DNA of 63,612 nt, the filler included, from Octopus bimaculoides (taxonomy: Eukaryota): the NCBI RefSeq assembly GCF_001194135.2. It is 6 parts of 5 records of this genome, joined end to end, with 100 filler letters (N's around TTAATTAATTAA, not from the genome) between each part and the next. Parts side by side here need not be neighbours in the genome. Positions count along the whole stretch, not along the records: positions 40,986 to 59,523 come from NC_068981.1; positions 59,624 to 63,612 come from NC_068998.1; 4 more parts are not named here. One strand, given 5' to 3'. Position numbers and translations under genes: made by a program. Positions 51,701 through 63,612 of the stretch are shown here, piece by piece (within the stretch, counting starts at the first letter, position 1; every line of letters begins with the position of its first letter). The notes under the pieces were generated by a model, which saw nothing but the letters and a program-made list of their open reading frames with translations, made no database searches and was not told the DNA's origin.

Positions 51701-54244
51701 AATACAATGCTAATTGAAATCAAAAGCTTTGTTGAATTTGTGTTTTAAAGTAGTATTAACAAGCAATATCAATCTAAGCTTGTGTATTAGAAATAATAAT
51801 ACAGAGAATATTAAGTGGTGATGTGGAACTTAATTACTTTAAATCTACAAGGGTATCTACAAAGATATTATAATCAATTACTAATTTTATCATACTAAAT
51901 TATTTTAAGACTAAGTTACGTAATATAAATGTAAGTGTATTGGATTAATTAGATATTAGAATCTACACATGTGACTGTATTTAAAACACATATCACTGTC
52001 TAGAGTTTCTTATTAATCAGTAACAGAGGATAAAAAGTATAAATGGAATGAATCTACAATTGGAATCAAACAATATGTGTAGCTAAATGAAGATATTAAT
52101 ACCATAAGTGGAGATATAAATCTGAAAATAAACGAAATTTAAAAAAATGCAGGGAATTTAGGTTAACCAGTGAAAATATAATGATTAAGACAGTGAATTC
52201 ATTTTTTGAATCAAGCTAAATTAGTGGATAAATTAAGTTAGATATGTTGTGAAAAGAGATGTGAATGTGAAAATCAAGTGGAATAGGGGCGTATTGTGAT
52301 TTGGGGTTACGTAATCAGGTAGTTATAATTATTAAAAAATGAATTAAAGTATGTTTATGAATTTTTGTTGCAAGATTCCTGATGTCAAACTGTGTTGAAA
52401 CAGATATTGTTGTATTTCGACCATCCCGAAATACAAAAGAATTAAACTATCTTTGTAAATAAATGAAGTTTTAAATATTGTAAACGAAAATGTAAATTTG
52501 AAAATAAAATGGAATAAAGATATGTATAGAATGATATTGTTTACATGGGTAGTTAATTTTTTGAAAAGATTTTTTAAAGTTTTAAGGGTCTTGAGTTTGC
52601 AAGATGGATTTCTTTCAAAATGTCTTAAGGATTGCATTTGTGACCACATCACTAAATCTTCCCAGTAGTGCAAATATTACACGGTTTCTCATTTCCAGAA
52701 TAGGTTTTGATTTGGATATTTTCCACTTAAGATTGCAAGGTAAGTGTTTACCTTCTAATTCACAAATATGGCTGGTTTTCAAAGTTTAATCGTTGCGAGC
52801 GGACGGGGAGGAACCGAAAGATGTGGACCTGAGAATTATATCCAAATTTGAACGAGTAGCTGATCAGACAAATACATATATGTGGTATTTGTTGTGCATT
52901 CAAACACTATGTACAAAGCTAGGTAATGTATATAAGTGGTAAGTTTGTAATTAATACTACTGCATTAGTTGGTCAAAACCTAAGTTCGTGTTTCGTAAAT
53001 AAAAATGTTTTTAAAGTATTCTGAATGTGTATTTTCGTTATTCTGACGATATATCTTTTCATACTTCATCTGTCCTCGTCCAACTAGTGTGTTCTGCACA
53101 GCTCTGATCGCTGGTTCATTTCCAGCTTGGACACTACCACCACGACATCTTTCGTCATTCCTTTCTTTTCAAAATAATTGCCTAGACAGCACAATCAAGG
53201 AGATCCACGTGCGATCATGTCACAGTGGGCTTTCGCTCATTTATCAATCACGTTAATTGCAGCTGGAGTTTGTAGTAACACTATACAGACTAGCTTATGT
53301 AAAGTTTGTCAGGATACTAAAATACATTTCTAGGACCTTTTCCATTCCCTTCACTCATATTAAGGATATGATACACCTAAATGGTGATAAGAGCTAAGGT
53401 AAAAGGCCATATTGATAACACCTTAAGCATTCATTCATGCTAAATCACTCTTACTGATACCAGTTATTCCATGTATTAACCTACTTTGCTTTGGACTCAC
53501 TCCATTTTTGATATGTTCATAAATAAACGTAAGACTAACTAAAGCCTCCTTTATGATCATTAGTACATTATCTCTTCTAATTTCAAAGCGGAATTCCTTA
53601 ACCCGCACCTGTACAGAGCCTTAGTATGCGGTCTATATTTTTTATCTCATCCAAAGATACAATGATAGATTATACTCTTATGCTTGTTTTCACTAAATTG
53701 GTTATTTCATCCGTAACAACAAAATGACAACCTATCTTTATATATTGCGAATTGTTTCTTACATCGCCTTAGCCGAAATGATAAGTGGTGAAATGCCTAT
53801 TAGTTACGTGGGAATGTCTTAGTGGTAGGCCGCATGAATACTGATCCCAGAAACCCTATTTGTTCATCCACACAGTTTGGAATACAAATATATTTAAAGT
53901 GCTCGAATTGTTTTGATCCAGGAAGTTTTGGCAAACTTGAACGTGTTTAAGCATAATATGTATATCACTTATTCTATAGATTTATGAGAAACACTGAATT
54001 AAGGACTCAATAAGGGTTGTAGAGCCAAGATAATATTATCAAATTAGTTTTATATGCTAACCCTATTCACTTCAGGATAGCATTATGTTCGGAATTTTCT
54101 TTTCTTTCGTAAATACTCAAAGACTAACTACTAGCCAAAGAGATAGTTTCTATGTGTCTGGTTAACAATAGAAACCAAATCTCTCTCAGATCGCACCCTG
54201 CTGTCTAAAACAATGTGACAAGGGATAATGTATTTCAGGTTACA

Positions 54245-54247
54245 TTA

Positions 54248-54340
<93 letters not shown>
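54245..54340. repeat. (GT)n microsatellite
   Basis: Direct inspection. Confidence 0.95.
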
Positions 54341-54342
<2 letters not shown>

Positions 54343-54544
54343 TCATAAGGAGATAAAAATTAACACTAATATCAGTTCGACGTACACGATATGACGAACA
54401 GTAGGCTCTTTGACCGATCGATTCAGCTTGCAGTTCATCCATGCTTTCTCCTAATCTTTACGTTGATCGTCTTTCAAAAGGACCTGTGAAATGTTGGTTT
54501 ATGATTTTTATTTAATAATATTTGTATGAGAATATTACGGTCTA

Positions 54545-54587
54545 CGCGGTATACAACAACTACAACAATATCAACAGCAACAACAAC

Positions 54588-54649
<62 letters not shown>

Positions 54650-54742
54650 CAACAACAACAACAACAACACTATGAAGAACAACAATAACAACCACGACCA
54701 CTACAACAACAAAAATAATGATAATGATGATGATAATAATAA
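54545..54742. repeat. (AAT/AAC)n compound microsatellite
   Basis: Direct inspection; source of the poly-Asn and poly-Ile ORFs. Confidence 0.95.
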
Positions 54743-54749
54743 TCCGTTC

Positions 54750-54940
54750 TATTATAGACACAAGGACTGAAGATTGAGGAGGGAGACAGTCGATTAATTC
54801 AATCCCAGTACTCAATTAGTACTTATTTTATCGACCCAGAAAGATTGAAAGTCAAAGTCGATCTCAGAACGTGAAGTCAGACGAAATGCCGCTAAGCATT
54901 TTGCTCGGCATGCGAACGATTCTACCAGTTGGCGGCCTTA
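54750..54940 (-). mobile_element. SINE family A
   Basis: gtacttattttatcgacccagaaag...gaaatgccgctaagcattttg; further copies at 55500-55705 (-) and 60810-60958 (+). Confidence 0.85.
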
Positions 54941-54949
54941 ATAATAATA

Positions 54950-55485
54950 ATAAATTCCCTGATGCAGTACCAGGCAGTTGCTCTCATGGGTTTTGATTTT
55001 AACTGATTGGAAGTGTTATCATGTACATGTTTTTGCCTTGGTATAAAAGACGGGCTACAGCGAATATTCTGCTCAATACCACAGATTTGCTTGTCAGTTG
55101 CTTGACCTTAACCAGTTGAGCATGTCCCTTAGTGGCTGACGATATGTGCATGTCTGATCACATGCAGAAGTAGTGGGGGTGCATCATAGCCATGTGTTGA
55201 GAGGAATGTGTTGGGGGTTTGAATATCTCATCTCTGGAAATGTAGGTGTTTCGTTCATCATCCTCAAACAAACCTTATTCAGGGACATTTTGAGAGGGAT
55301 AGATTACTCGACCTAAATAAAATTCAAACTGGGCCCCACCTACGAAGTCATGCACTGCTTATCACGCACATATGGTTGCTATGCATGTGCCTGGTATACT
55401 CTTATCAAACGGGTAGTCATGATGGTTATACCCCGTGTATTTGTACCCCAGTGTCATTTTGATGGCATGCACTGCTCTCTCCCTC
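54950..55485. mobile_element. Long SINE-like interspersed repeat (family D)
   Basis: Sequence recognised from memory as a high-copy repeat (cttgaccttaaccagttgagcatgtcccttagtggctgacgatatgtgc); no second copy in this window. Confidence 0.45.
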
Positions 55486-56479
55486 AAAAATAATTATTTC
55501 AAATTTAGGCAGAAGGCCTGGAATTTGTAGTGGAGCGAGGTAGTCAATTGAATCAACCCCGATATTTAACTGATTCTCTATTTTATTGATCTCTAAAAGA
55601 CGAAAAAAATCAAAGTTTACGTCAGTGAGATTTGAATGCAAAACACGAAGAACTGGAATAAATACAGTACCGTATTTTCTTGACGTTCTAACGATTCTAC
55701 AAGTTAATATGAGAGAAAGTTGCTTTAGTGCTCCAAAAAATATCCAGTAACAATGACTTAAAAACAAGAAATCAGATAGGAAACTTAACGAGAATGTTGA
55801 AAGATAACTTCGTAACTAATTCTAGTAAAATTCATTGTTTAGTACATCTGAAATTGAAGGATTGTTACTGTTCATAGTATTTGGTGACACCATAAGCGTA
55901 TTAACTACGGTTCATTTTATCATCATACCTATTCTATCGTTCTACACAGAAAATGACATATGTTGCAAATAAAACCTAACCAGTATAAAAGAGGAATGTG
56001 TTCTTTGAACTTGTTTCCCAAACAAGAAATTGTACTTGGAAAACCTGACATCACTGGAAAACAGCAGGTACAAACAATTACACCAGTGGATGATGAAATT
56101 TTAAGTGATATATATTTTTTTCTTTCTTTTTTATAAAAATTGGTATGTTTTTCTGAATATATATATAAGACTTCTGTATGTAATTATAGTAAAATTCATC
56201 TTGTTGTTGGATATGTTGGTAGTCCTATGAATCCCTTCAATGCTTAAAAGTTCATCCATTGCAAATATTTCATCATTAACTTTAAAACTAGAAAATATCA
56301 CAAATTAAATCAATTAACGTATTCTTTCAAGAGAAATAATACATTACGATTACAAAGGTCATGGAAACAGATGAAACAACAAAAATAAACACTGATGACG
56401 TAAATCATGATGATATTATAAAAACGAACAAAGTAAAAAGCAATAACACGAGAAACTCAAGCCCGGAAATACCTATAGG

Positions 56480-57780
56480 ATTATTCACCAACAAACACTA
56501 AACCAGAACAAATGCAACGATATAAACATAAAAGGGTTTACGTGGATGCATTCAGTAAAGCAAATTGAAATGGTGAAAATCATGTCCATAAATATACAGA
56601 CTGGAAGCATAAAAAGAACTTCCCATGAAGTAACGAAAATACGGAAATACCTCCTGAAGATAAAACTTGAGCGCAAAATAGCAACAACAATGCAAAATGC
56701 AAACATGAAATGCCCTGACTTAACTAGGACAGAACAAAACATCAATATCACCAGGCTATATTAGCAACCACTGAAGTTAGAAAGGAAACTCGATACTCCA
56801 TCAGTTCTACTCATAGTGCGATCAACGATAAAATGATGCAAATGAAAATGGAAGAAACAAATACTGCAGAAATACATCATGTGAAAAGAAATATCGGAAA
56901 TTAAGAACGCCTGAAACAAGTGGTCTTCGTTAAATTGCAAATTAGCCGTTGGTATGTAAAACGACAATTCTTTCACGTTTTACCTTGACATAAGAGGCTT
57001 TTAACAAGAACATAGTACACATAAAATCAAAATTTATGCAGTACAAACAAGAAAAAAAAATCTTCGGAAGAATTAGTCTGTGAAGGTATCATCCTGGATG
57101 AGTTTCTTTATGACAACTAACTCAGCGTCTGAACAATAGGAGAAGACCATAGCTACGAAAGAATGAAGTAAGAAGCTGCAAAAAAAATTATAAGATAATT
57201 AAATAACTGGATTGTTTGCAGAAACATCTTATAATAATTTACATTTATAATAATATTCTCGATTTGGTGTTAAATGAATTAGCAAAACAAGGCAGCACGT
57301 AGAATTCGCCATACAAAATACGACAACAAAAGACTGTATATACCATGAAGGCAATCGGTGGGAGGTCATTTGAAGCCAGAAAACAATTATAAAGTATTTA
57401 GTATAGAACCATAGTATATCTACTAAAGAATAATAGAAAACTAATATATATGGCCATATTATATTACCAAATTTTTAAAAATTGCTTTATGACAACAGTA
57501 AAATTTTAGCGCAATTATACAACAGAAAACCTCCCAAAGAATAAACAAGTGATCATACTCTAGACGAGTTAATACATGCATAAAGTAATCAAATATAATC
57601 GATCATCGAGAGAGAAACTGCCACCCAACAGAACTATTAGTCCCAACAGTTTATAATGTATCTCTCGAAGAAATGTAGAATTTGAGACACAAAGTTCTGA
57701 AAATAAAGATAACCTGAGAGGGAATTAATGCGAAATAACACCATTAAAATTGGAAAAGTTACTTCAAATCAAGCAACGGA
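56480..57780 (+). mobile_element. Highly degraded R4/Dong-like RLE non-LTR retrotransposon
   Basis: Colinear remnants CPDLTRTEQ (PEWLTRGRT), INDKMM, EGIILD (RGIFQGD), DNKRLYIP*...GGHL (DRLYLPR.EGGRGL), KKCRI (CCHC finger). Confidence 0.5.
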
Positions 57781-57928
57781 AAACTTGTAAATGTAGTAAG
57801 CCTTTCTTCGCATATAAAGAGACAGTATAGTATAAAGAATCAAATAAGGACAAAGTAAGTGAAAAGGTTTGAAAAACAAAAAGCAAAAGCAAAATCGGAT
57901 TTTGTATTATTCTGATGTATTAAAATAA

Positions 57929-59000
57929 AAGAATAAAGCCAGAGACGCAGGGAAAGTACCTACAATTCAAACAAAATCAACTGTATTTAAAAGAACTGGA
58001 AAAAGACCATTACTACTGAATTCCCTGCCTATAATGAAATATCAATGGTCTCCTAAAGGTCCTTATAGCTTAGAACAGTTGCTCTGTATTATTGAAAATC
58101 TTCCAAATCGATTCAATATGTTTTCACATGGAAGCTTAGCCATTTATGTGCTCGATGATTACATGGTGCATTTGATACCGGTTAGAGACGCCCTCTGGAA
58201 AAGGGGTTATGTACTAGTTATCATCGGCCATGGTATCACCGGATTTGTTCAAGTTAACGATACGTACTTGCTGAAACAACTGAAAGCAAAATATCGCGAA
58301 ATAGAGAAAGCAAAGACGCTAGAAAAGGTAGTTCAAACTCTGAATAAAATACCCACGTCCAATCGATCGGAGATGATGCAGATGCTACATCAAACACATC
58401 CAGACTGCAAGATTGATGTCGAAACTACTTTCAAGTCGACGTGGGTCACAAACGCTTTCTATATCTCTGAAGATTATAAGATGTCAGACCAAATCATGCA
58501 CTTCGTCGTTCCGTCGATGCGAGAGTTTCGTCTAGGGATGATGTCAAAATCCTTCCCAAATATTATTCAGAGAGTCATTAAGCACTTAATTCCACCGAAA
58601 GGGGTCAAGCGTGCAAACAATATTGAAAGCTTAGAACTATTTGATGGTGACGGCAATGAGGAAAAAGGTGCCGAAAGTGAGTCGGAAGATGGAATAGACA
58701 TCTGGGAATTTTTTGGTGGTGATTGACCCATAGGGGTTTCGCAGGACCCAAAATCACGGTCGATCAAAAATGATGACAGGAAGCTCTATCTCTCTTGTAG
58801 GAATCAGCAGTGATGATCAGGTTAATAAAGATGCCCTGTTCCTTGAGAAATACAGGTGTTGGATGAAAACGAGACCTCTACATTTTTCTTGCCATATCGA
58901 AGCAAACTCATGTCGACTGTCAGTGAAACACAGCGATCCGTAAAGAAACGAATATCAAAACTGAGAAACTTGCAGAAGGACAGTGACGAAAAATCATGAC
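57929..59000 (+). mobile_element. pogo-superfamily DDE_1 transposase, C-terminal part; 57929-58726 is stop-free
   Basis: KYQWSPKGPYSLEQ...YVLDDYMVHL...KRGYVLVIIGHGITGFVQVNDT...LKAKYRE; 34 residues between the catalytic Asp residues; frameshifted continuation to about 59000; no N-terminal DNA-binding domain seen. Confidence 0.75.
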
Positions 59001-59132
59001 TCTATCATTTATACCTATTTATGGAGTGCTATGTTTTAATAAATACTGCAAGTTCATGAGACGGTATTTATACTCTTTTCATTGTTTTACTTTTCTTTCT
59101 ATTTAAGACATGTTGTTTGTATCAATATCCGT

Positions 59133-59495
59133 GTTCTCATCAGAGGTGTCTACATCATTCTGACAGTCTCCAGAGAAACAAGCAACCAAACTGTTTATTT
59201 ACTCAACAGATGCAGCAGTTACTCTATGACAGAGTCCCTAATTTGAATACAGAAAGTGTTTAACACTCTGTACATACCAGCGGCCTGTCAACGGGAATCT
59301 TAATCCACACAGTATCAAGGTATGATATAACAAATATGTAACATATGGTATAATTATAAATAGGGCAAATGTTTAGCCATTTCTCCGCAGACTGAAAAGC
59401 AATGATGAACAACCTTAATCGATTTTCGAACCCTATTGGGTTCTCATCAGAGGCGTCTACATCATTCTGACGACAGTCTCTAGAGAAACAAGCAA
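59133..59495 (-). repeat. Partial tandem direct repeat (59133-59185 and 59440-59495) of a Penelope-like terminal segment
   Basis: gttctcatcagagg(t/c)gtctacatcattctgac...agagaaacaagcaa occurs twice, 307 bp apart. Confidence 0.85.
59411..59456 (-). ncRNA. Minimal type I hammerhead ribozyme (Penelope-type)
   Basis: gcct-CUGAUGA-gaaccc(aata)gggttc-GAAA-aucgau-UA-aggu: intact core, 6-bp stem II, palindromic stem III AAUCGAUU, 4-bp stem I, predicted cleavage after UUA. Confidence 0.8.
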
Positions 59496-59623
59496 ACATG
59501 TATATATATATATATATATATATNNNNNNNNNNNNNNNNNNNNNNNNNNNNNNNNNNNNNNNNNNNNTTAATTAATTAANNNNNNNNNNNNNNNNNNNNN
59601 NNNNNNNNNNNNNNNNNNNNNNN

Positions 59624-59726
59624 GGTGGTGGTGGTGGTGGTGGCAGTAGAATTAGGGGTAGTAGATGTGGTGGTAGTAGTAGTTGTATTAATATTATTAT
59701 CATTATTATTATTAGTAGCAGCAGCG

Positions 59727-59761
<35 letters not shown>

Positions 59762-60123
59762 CGTAGTAGTAGTAGTAGTTGTGGTAGTTGCTGCAAGAGT
59801 TGTGGTTTGTTCTACGTCATAATTAACGTTACTGGTGGTGGTGGTGGTAGTGGTGGTGGTTGGAATAAGAGGGTTAGGGAAAGCTGAGGGCGGTGGATTC
59901 AGCTTACCGTGATGGTGGTGGTGGTGTTGGTGTTGGCGGTAGTAGTGGTAATGGTGATGGTAGTGGTCGTGGTGGCGGAGTGACGGTGGAGGTCGGTGAG
60001 GGTAGAGGCTGCATCAGTAAACAAGGGATAAAGTGAATTAATAGAGATTTTGCCAAGGATGAGGTGTAGCGTGTGTTTGTGTGCCATTGTGTGTGTAATA
60101 TATATGTGCATATATATATGTAT

Positions 60124-60154
<31 letters not shown>

Positions 60155-60462
60155 TGCATGCATACAAACACACACACACGTATGTATGTATTGTAGTGCG
60201 TACGCATTTTGGTTACATAAGAAACCCGTTTCTCAAAGCAGCGTATAATTTCGTAGTTATCATGATGATGCTAACGTGGTCGTTGTTGTTGTTGTTTGAT
60301 GATGATGATGATGATGATGATGATAATGTTGTTAACGACGATGACGATAATGACGATTGGCGACGTCATCGTCGTCATCATCATCATCATCATCGTNNNN
60401 NNNNNNATCGTCGTCATCATCATCATCATCATCGTCGTCGTCGTCGTCGTCGTCATCACCAC

Positions 60463-60494
<32 letters not shown>

Positions 60495-60780
60495 CTGTCA
60501 TTGTCATCCTCATCGCCATCATCAACATAACATCTTCAACATCATCGTCGTCATCATCATCATCGGCAGTAGCAGCAGCAGGACGATGAGAATGATGATG
60601 ATTGTGATGGCGACGATTTCGAAGGTGACGCTCAGGCTCATCTTTACGAACAATATCACGAAAAAGAGAAAGAATAAAAAATAGAATGGAGGAAAGATCA
60701 ATGATGATGATGATGATGATGATGACGATGGAGGAATAGCAGGCAAGAACTTCAACAATACAAAACCCGGCACACATGCC

Positions 60781-60811
<31 letters not shown>

Positions 60812-60957
60812 ACGCAGAGGTGGACTTCGCCTTTCATCCTTTCGGAGTCGATGAAATAAGTACCAGTTACACACTGGGGTCAATGTGATCGACTTGTCCA
60901 TCCCCCCACCACGCACCACCATAAAGTCTTCAAGGCCTTGTACCTAGAGTAGAAAGG

Positions 60958-60996
<39 letters not shown>

Positions 60997-61148
60997 AACA
61001 ACAACAGCAACATCAACAACAGAAACAACAACAACAATAATAATAATAAGGATCGTAATTTTGATAAATTTACAAATAAATATAATGAAAAACAACAGTA
61101 TAAATGATATACGAAACAATAATAATAATGACGCTAATAATAATAATG

Positions 61149-61183
<35 letters not shown>

Positions 61184-61185
61184 CG
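59624..61185. repeat. Dense trinucleotide microsatellite field (GGT, TAG, GAT, CAT, AAT, AAC)
   Basis: Direct inspection. Confidence 0.9.
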
Positions 61186-61415
61186 TCCAAGAACGATTAC
61201 CGACACTACCCAGCTTCCATGATATCATTTCGATAAATTCAAAGTTACTATTAGCGGTTGATTGTATCACAGAGAAGACGCGGGAAAACGGAAATAGCGA
61301 GCAAGATGGCGCCCGTTAGATAGAGTCGAAATTTATGAAGGGAAGGCATGTTTCTCCCCCCTTGAAACAATTGATAAGTTGACGGTGAGACAGGATATAA
61401 AGTTTAAAAAAGAGA

Positions 61416-61450
<35 letters not shown>

Positions 61451-61496
61451 GCAGGGCTTTGTACAGATAGACTGATAGAGTGAAAGAGAAAGTGAA

Positions 61497-61539
<43 letters not shown>

Positions 61540-61606
61540 AAGAAAGAGCCATAGGGAAAGAAATATAAAGGGAGTTAAATAAAAGTAAATGGTTGTACAT
61601 ACATGC

Positions 61607-61645
<39 letters not shown>

Positions 61646-62219
61646 NNNNNNNNNNNNNNNNNNNNNNNNNNNNNNNNNNNNNNNNNNNNNNNNNNNNNNN
61701 NNNNNNNNNNNNNNNNNNNNNNNNNNNNNNNNNNNNNNNNNNNNNNNNNNNNNNNNNNNNNNNNNNNNNNNNNNNNNNNNNNNNNNNNNNNNNNNNNNNN
61801 NNNNNNNNNNNNNNNNNNNNNNNNNNNNNNNNNNNNNNNNNNNNNNNNNNNNNNNNNNNNNNNNNNNNNNNNNNNNNNNNNNNNNNNNNNNNNNNNNNNN
61901 NNNNNNNNNNNNNNNNNNNNNNNNNNNNNNNNNNNNNNNNNNNNNNNNNNNNNNNNNNNNNNNNNNNNNNNNNNNNNNNNNNNNNNNNNNNNNNNNNNNN
62001 NNNNNNNNNNNNNNNNNNNNNNNNNNNNNNNNNNNNNNNNNNNNNNNNNNNNNNNNNNNNNNNNNNNNNNNNNNNNNNNNNNNNNNNNNNNNNNNNNNNN
62101 NNNNNNNNNNNNNNNNNNNNNNNNNNNNNNNNNNNNNNNNNNNNNNNNNNNNNNNNNNNNNNNNNNNNNNNNNNNNNNNNNNNNNNNNNNNNNNNNNNNN
62201 NNNNNNNNNNNNNNNNNNN

Positions 62220-62267
<48 letters not shown>

Positions 62268-62394
62268 GTAAAATAATATGTGACAATTATTCGGTTGCCA
62301 TAATAAGACTCCGAGTTTCGGATGTCGGGGCGGATATATATTTATTTTATTATAAATGCAAAACAACACCACGGAAGAACAGGCATAAGCTTAA

Positions 62395-62454
62395 ATAATA
62401 AACCGCGATAAGTGAACCGTGATAGGTGAACCGTGAAATGGCGAGGGATTACTG
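62395..62454. mobile_element. Tigger/pogo-type terminal inverted repeat with subterminal repeats
   Basis: aaccgcgataagtg / aaccgtgataggtg / aaccgtgaaatggcgagggattactg, whose reverse complement begins cagtaatccctcgc. Confidence 0.6.
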
Positions 62455-62461
62455 TGTGTGC

Positions 62462-62498
<37 letters not shown>

Positions 62499-63612
62499 CC
62501 GTCCCAAAACATGTGACAGTAACACAGAATGATGAAGAAAAGAATAAACTAATGTTCAAAATGGCGGACAAATTATCGAAGAATTACATCGTAAATGCCA
62601 GACTTTGTTCTCATATTTTGAGGTGCTTGTTTCCAGAGGTTGATGCGCTAGATAATAAACAATATACTGGACAAAGCCGACACGATATGATACAAAGTTT
62701 GAAGAAAGGGATCCAGCTTGGCCGCGGCACATTGGAGATTTAACCGTTAAAATATTATACCATCACATTATAGTGTGGTATATGTAATAAAGAGAATGTA
62801 ATTACACGAAAACCGTTTCTCTAAAAACATAACTACAGAATATTATTATGTTTCGCGGAAAACAAAAGAAGCTTCTATCAGATGTGAGTTTCTGGATATT
62901 AAATTCATGTTTATAAAACTTCATATTTATTATTTAATATTAATATTTATTAACAATTTGTTGTGTGTATTAAACTTGGTCGAAGAACACATACACACAT
63001 ACAAAGAAAAAGAAAAAATAAAGAAACAAAATCGAGATGCATAAAAATGATGCGAGTATGAAATAAATTGTATTCATACATAAATGCATACAAATATATA
63101 TATATGTATATATGTAAATACGTGTGTGTGTGTGTGTGTGTAGTTCCGGAAAAAGAAGAGAAACAGGAGAAACATTAATACAAGCTATTAAATATGAAAC
63201 GAAGGTAATAATAAGATCTAAAATAATTGGCCATATAATTGATAAAATGAAGTACAAGTGCTAGTTATTACCTATTATATACCTACGTATACACACACAC
63301 GCACACACACACACACAGAGACACACACAGAGACACACACACATATATATATATATAATATAAATAATATATATATATATGTATGTATGTATGTATCTAT
63401 GTATGTATGTACATATATGTATTATGTATATATTAATATATACGTACATATATATATACTTACGTATATACATATTACATTCGCATATATTCTATTATAA
63501 CTACACAATGTTAGCTGAGATATATATACGTATATGTATATATATATTGATGTATACATAAGAACACACACACATATATATACATACAAATATATATATA
63601 TATATATATATA

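Noticed and set aside
97-63561. Many long ORFs rich in YI/CV/HT/X, poly-N, poly-I, poly-M or poly-H
   Set aside because: Translations of microsatellites and N gaps
1-63612. CRISPR arrays, rRNA genes or prokaryotic operons
   Set aside because: No regularly spaced repeat-spacer arrays, rRNA-like sequence or gene-dense coding; the DNA is eukaryotic repeat-rich sequence

Overview
AT-rich, microsatellite-saturated eukaryotic genomic DNA with many N gaps and artificial TTAATTAATTAA spacers. The repeat families look like those of an octopod mollusc (inference from my recall of these families, not a database search). Almost all long entries in the ORF track are microsatellite or N read-throughs. The window is mainly transposon debris: dozens of tRNA-derived SINEs from 3-4 families, relics of Tx1/L1, RTE, R4-like and Penelope retroelements, three Tc1/mariner lineages, two or three pogo/Tigger elements, hAT MITEs, a Helitron and two long foldbacks. 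Host-gene traces are few: a minus-strand exon resembling inter-alpha-trypsin inhibitor heavy chain (22275-22335), a clean plus-strand 156-nt exon of unknown product (36416-36571) and a candidate promoter/first-exon cluster (11.4-12.6 kb). The most notable structure is a complete mariner (43858-48580). It is interrupted at one 12-bp site by two divergent, same-orientation retroelements that appear to carry only an L1/Tx1-type ORF1 with no RT, giving target-element-target-element-target. This suggests transposon-targeting, half-L1-like elements. A Penelope-type minimal hammerhead ribozyme with an intact core lies at 59411-59456 (-), with degenerate relatives elsewhere.
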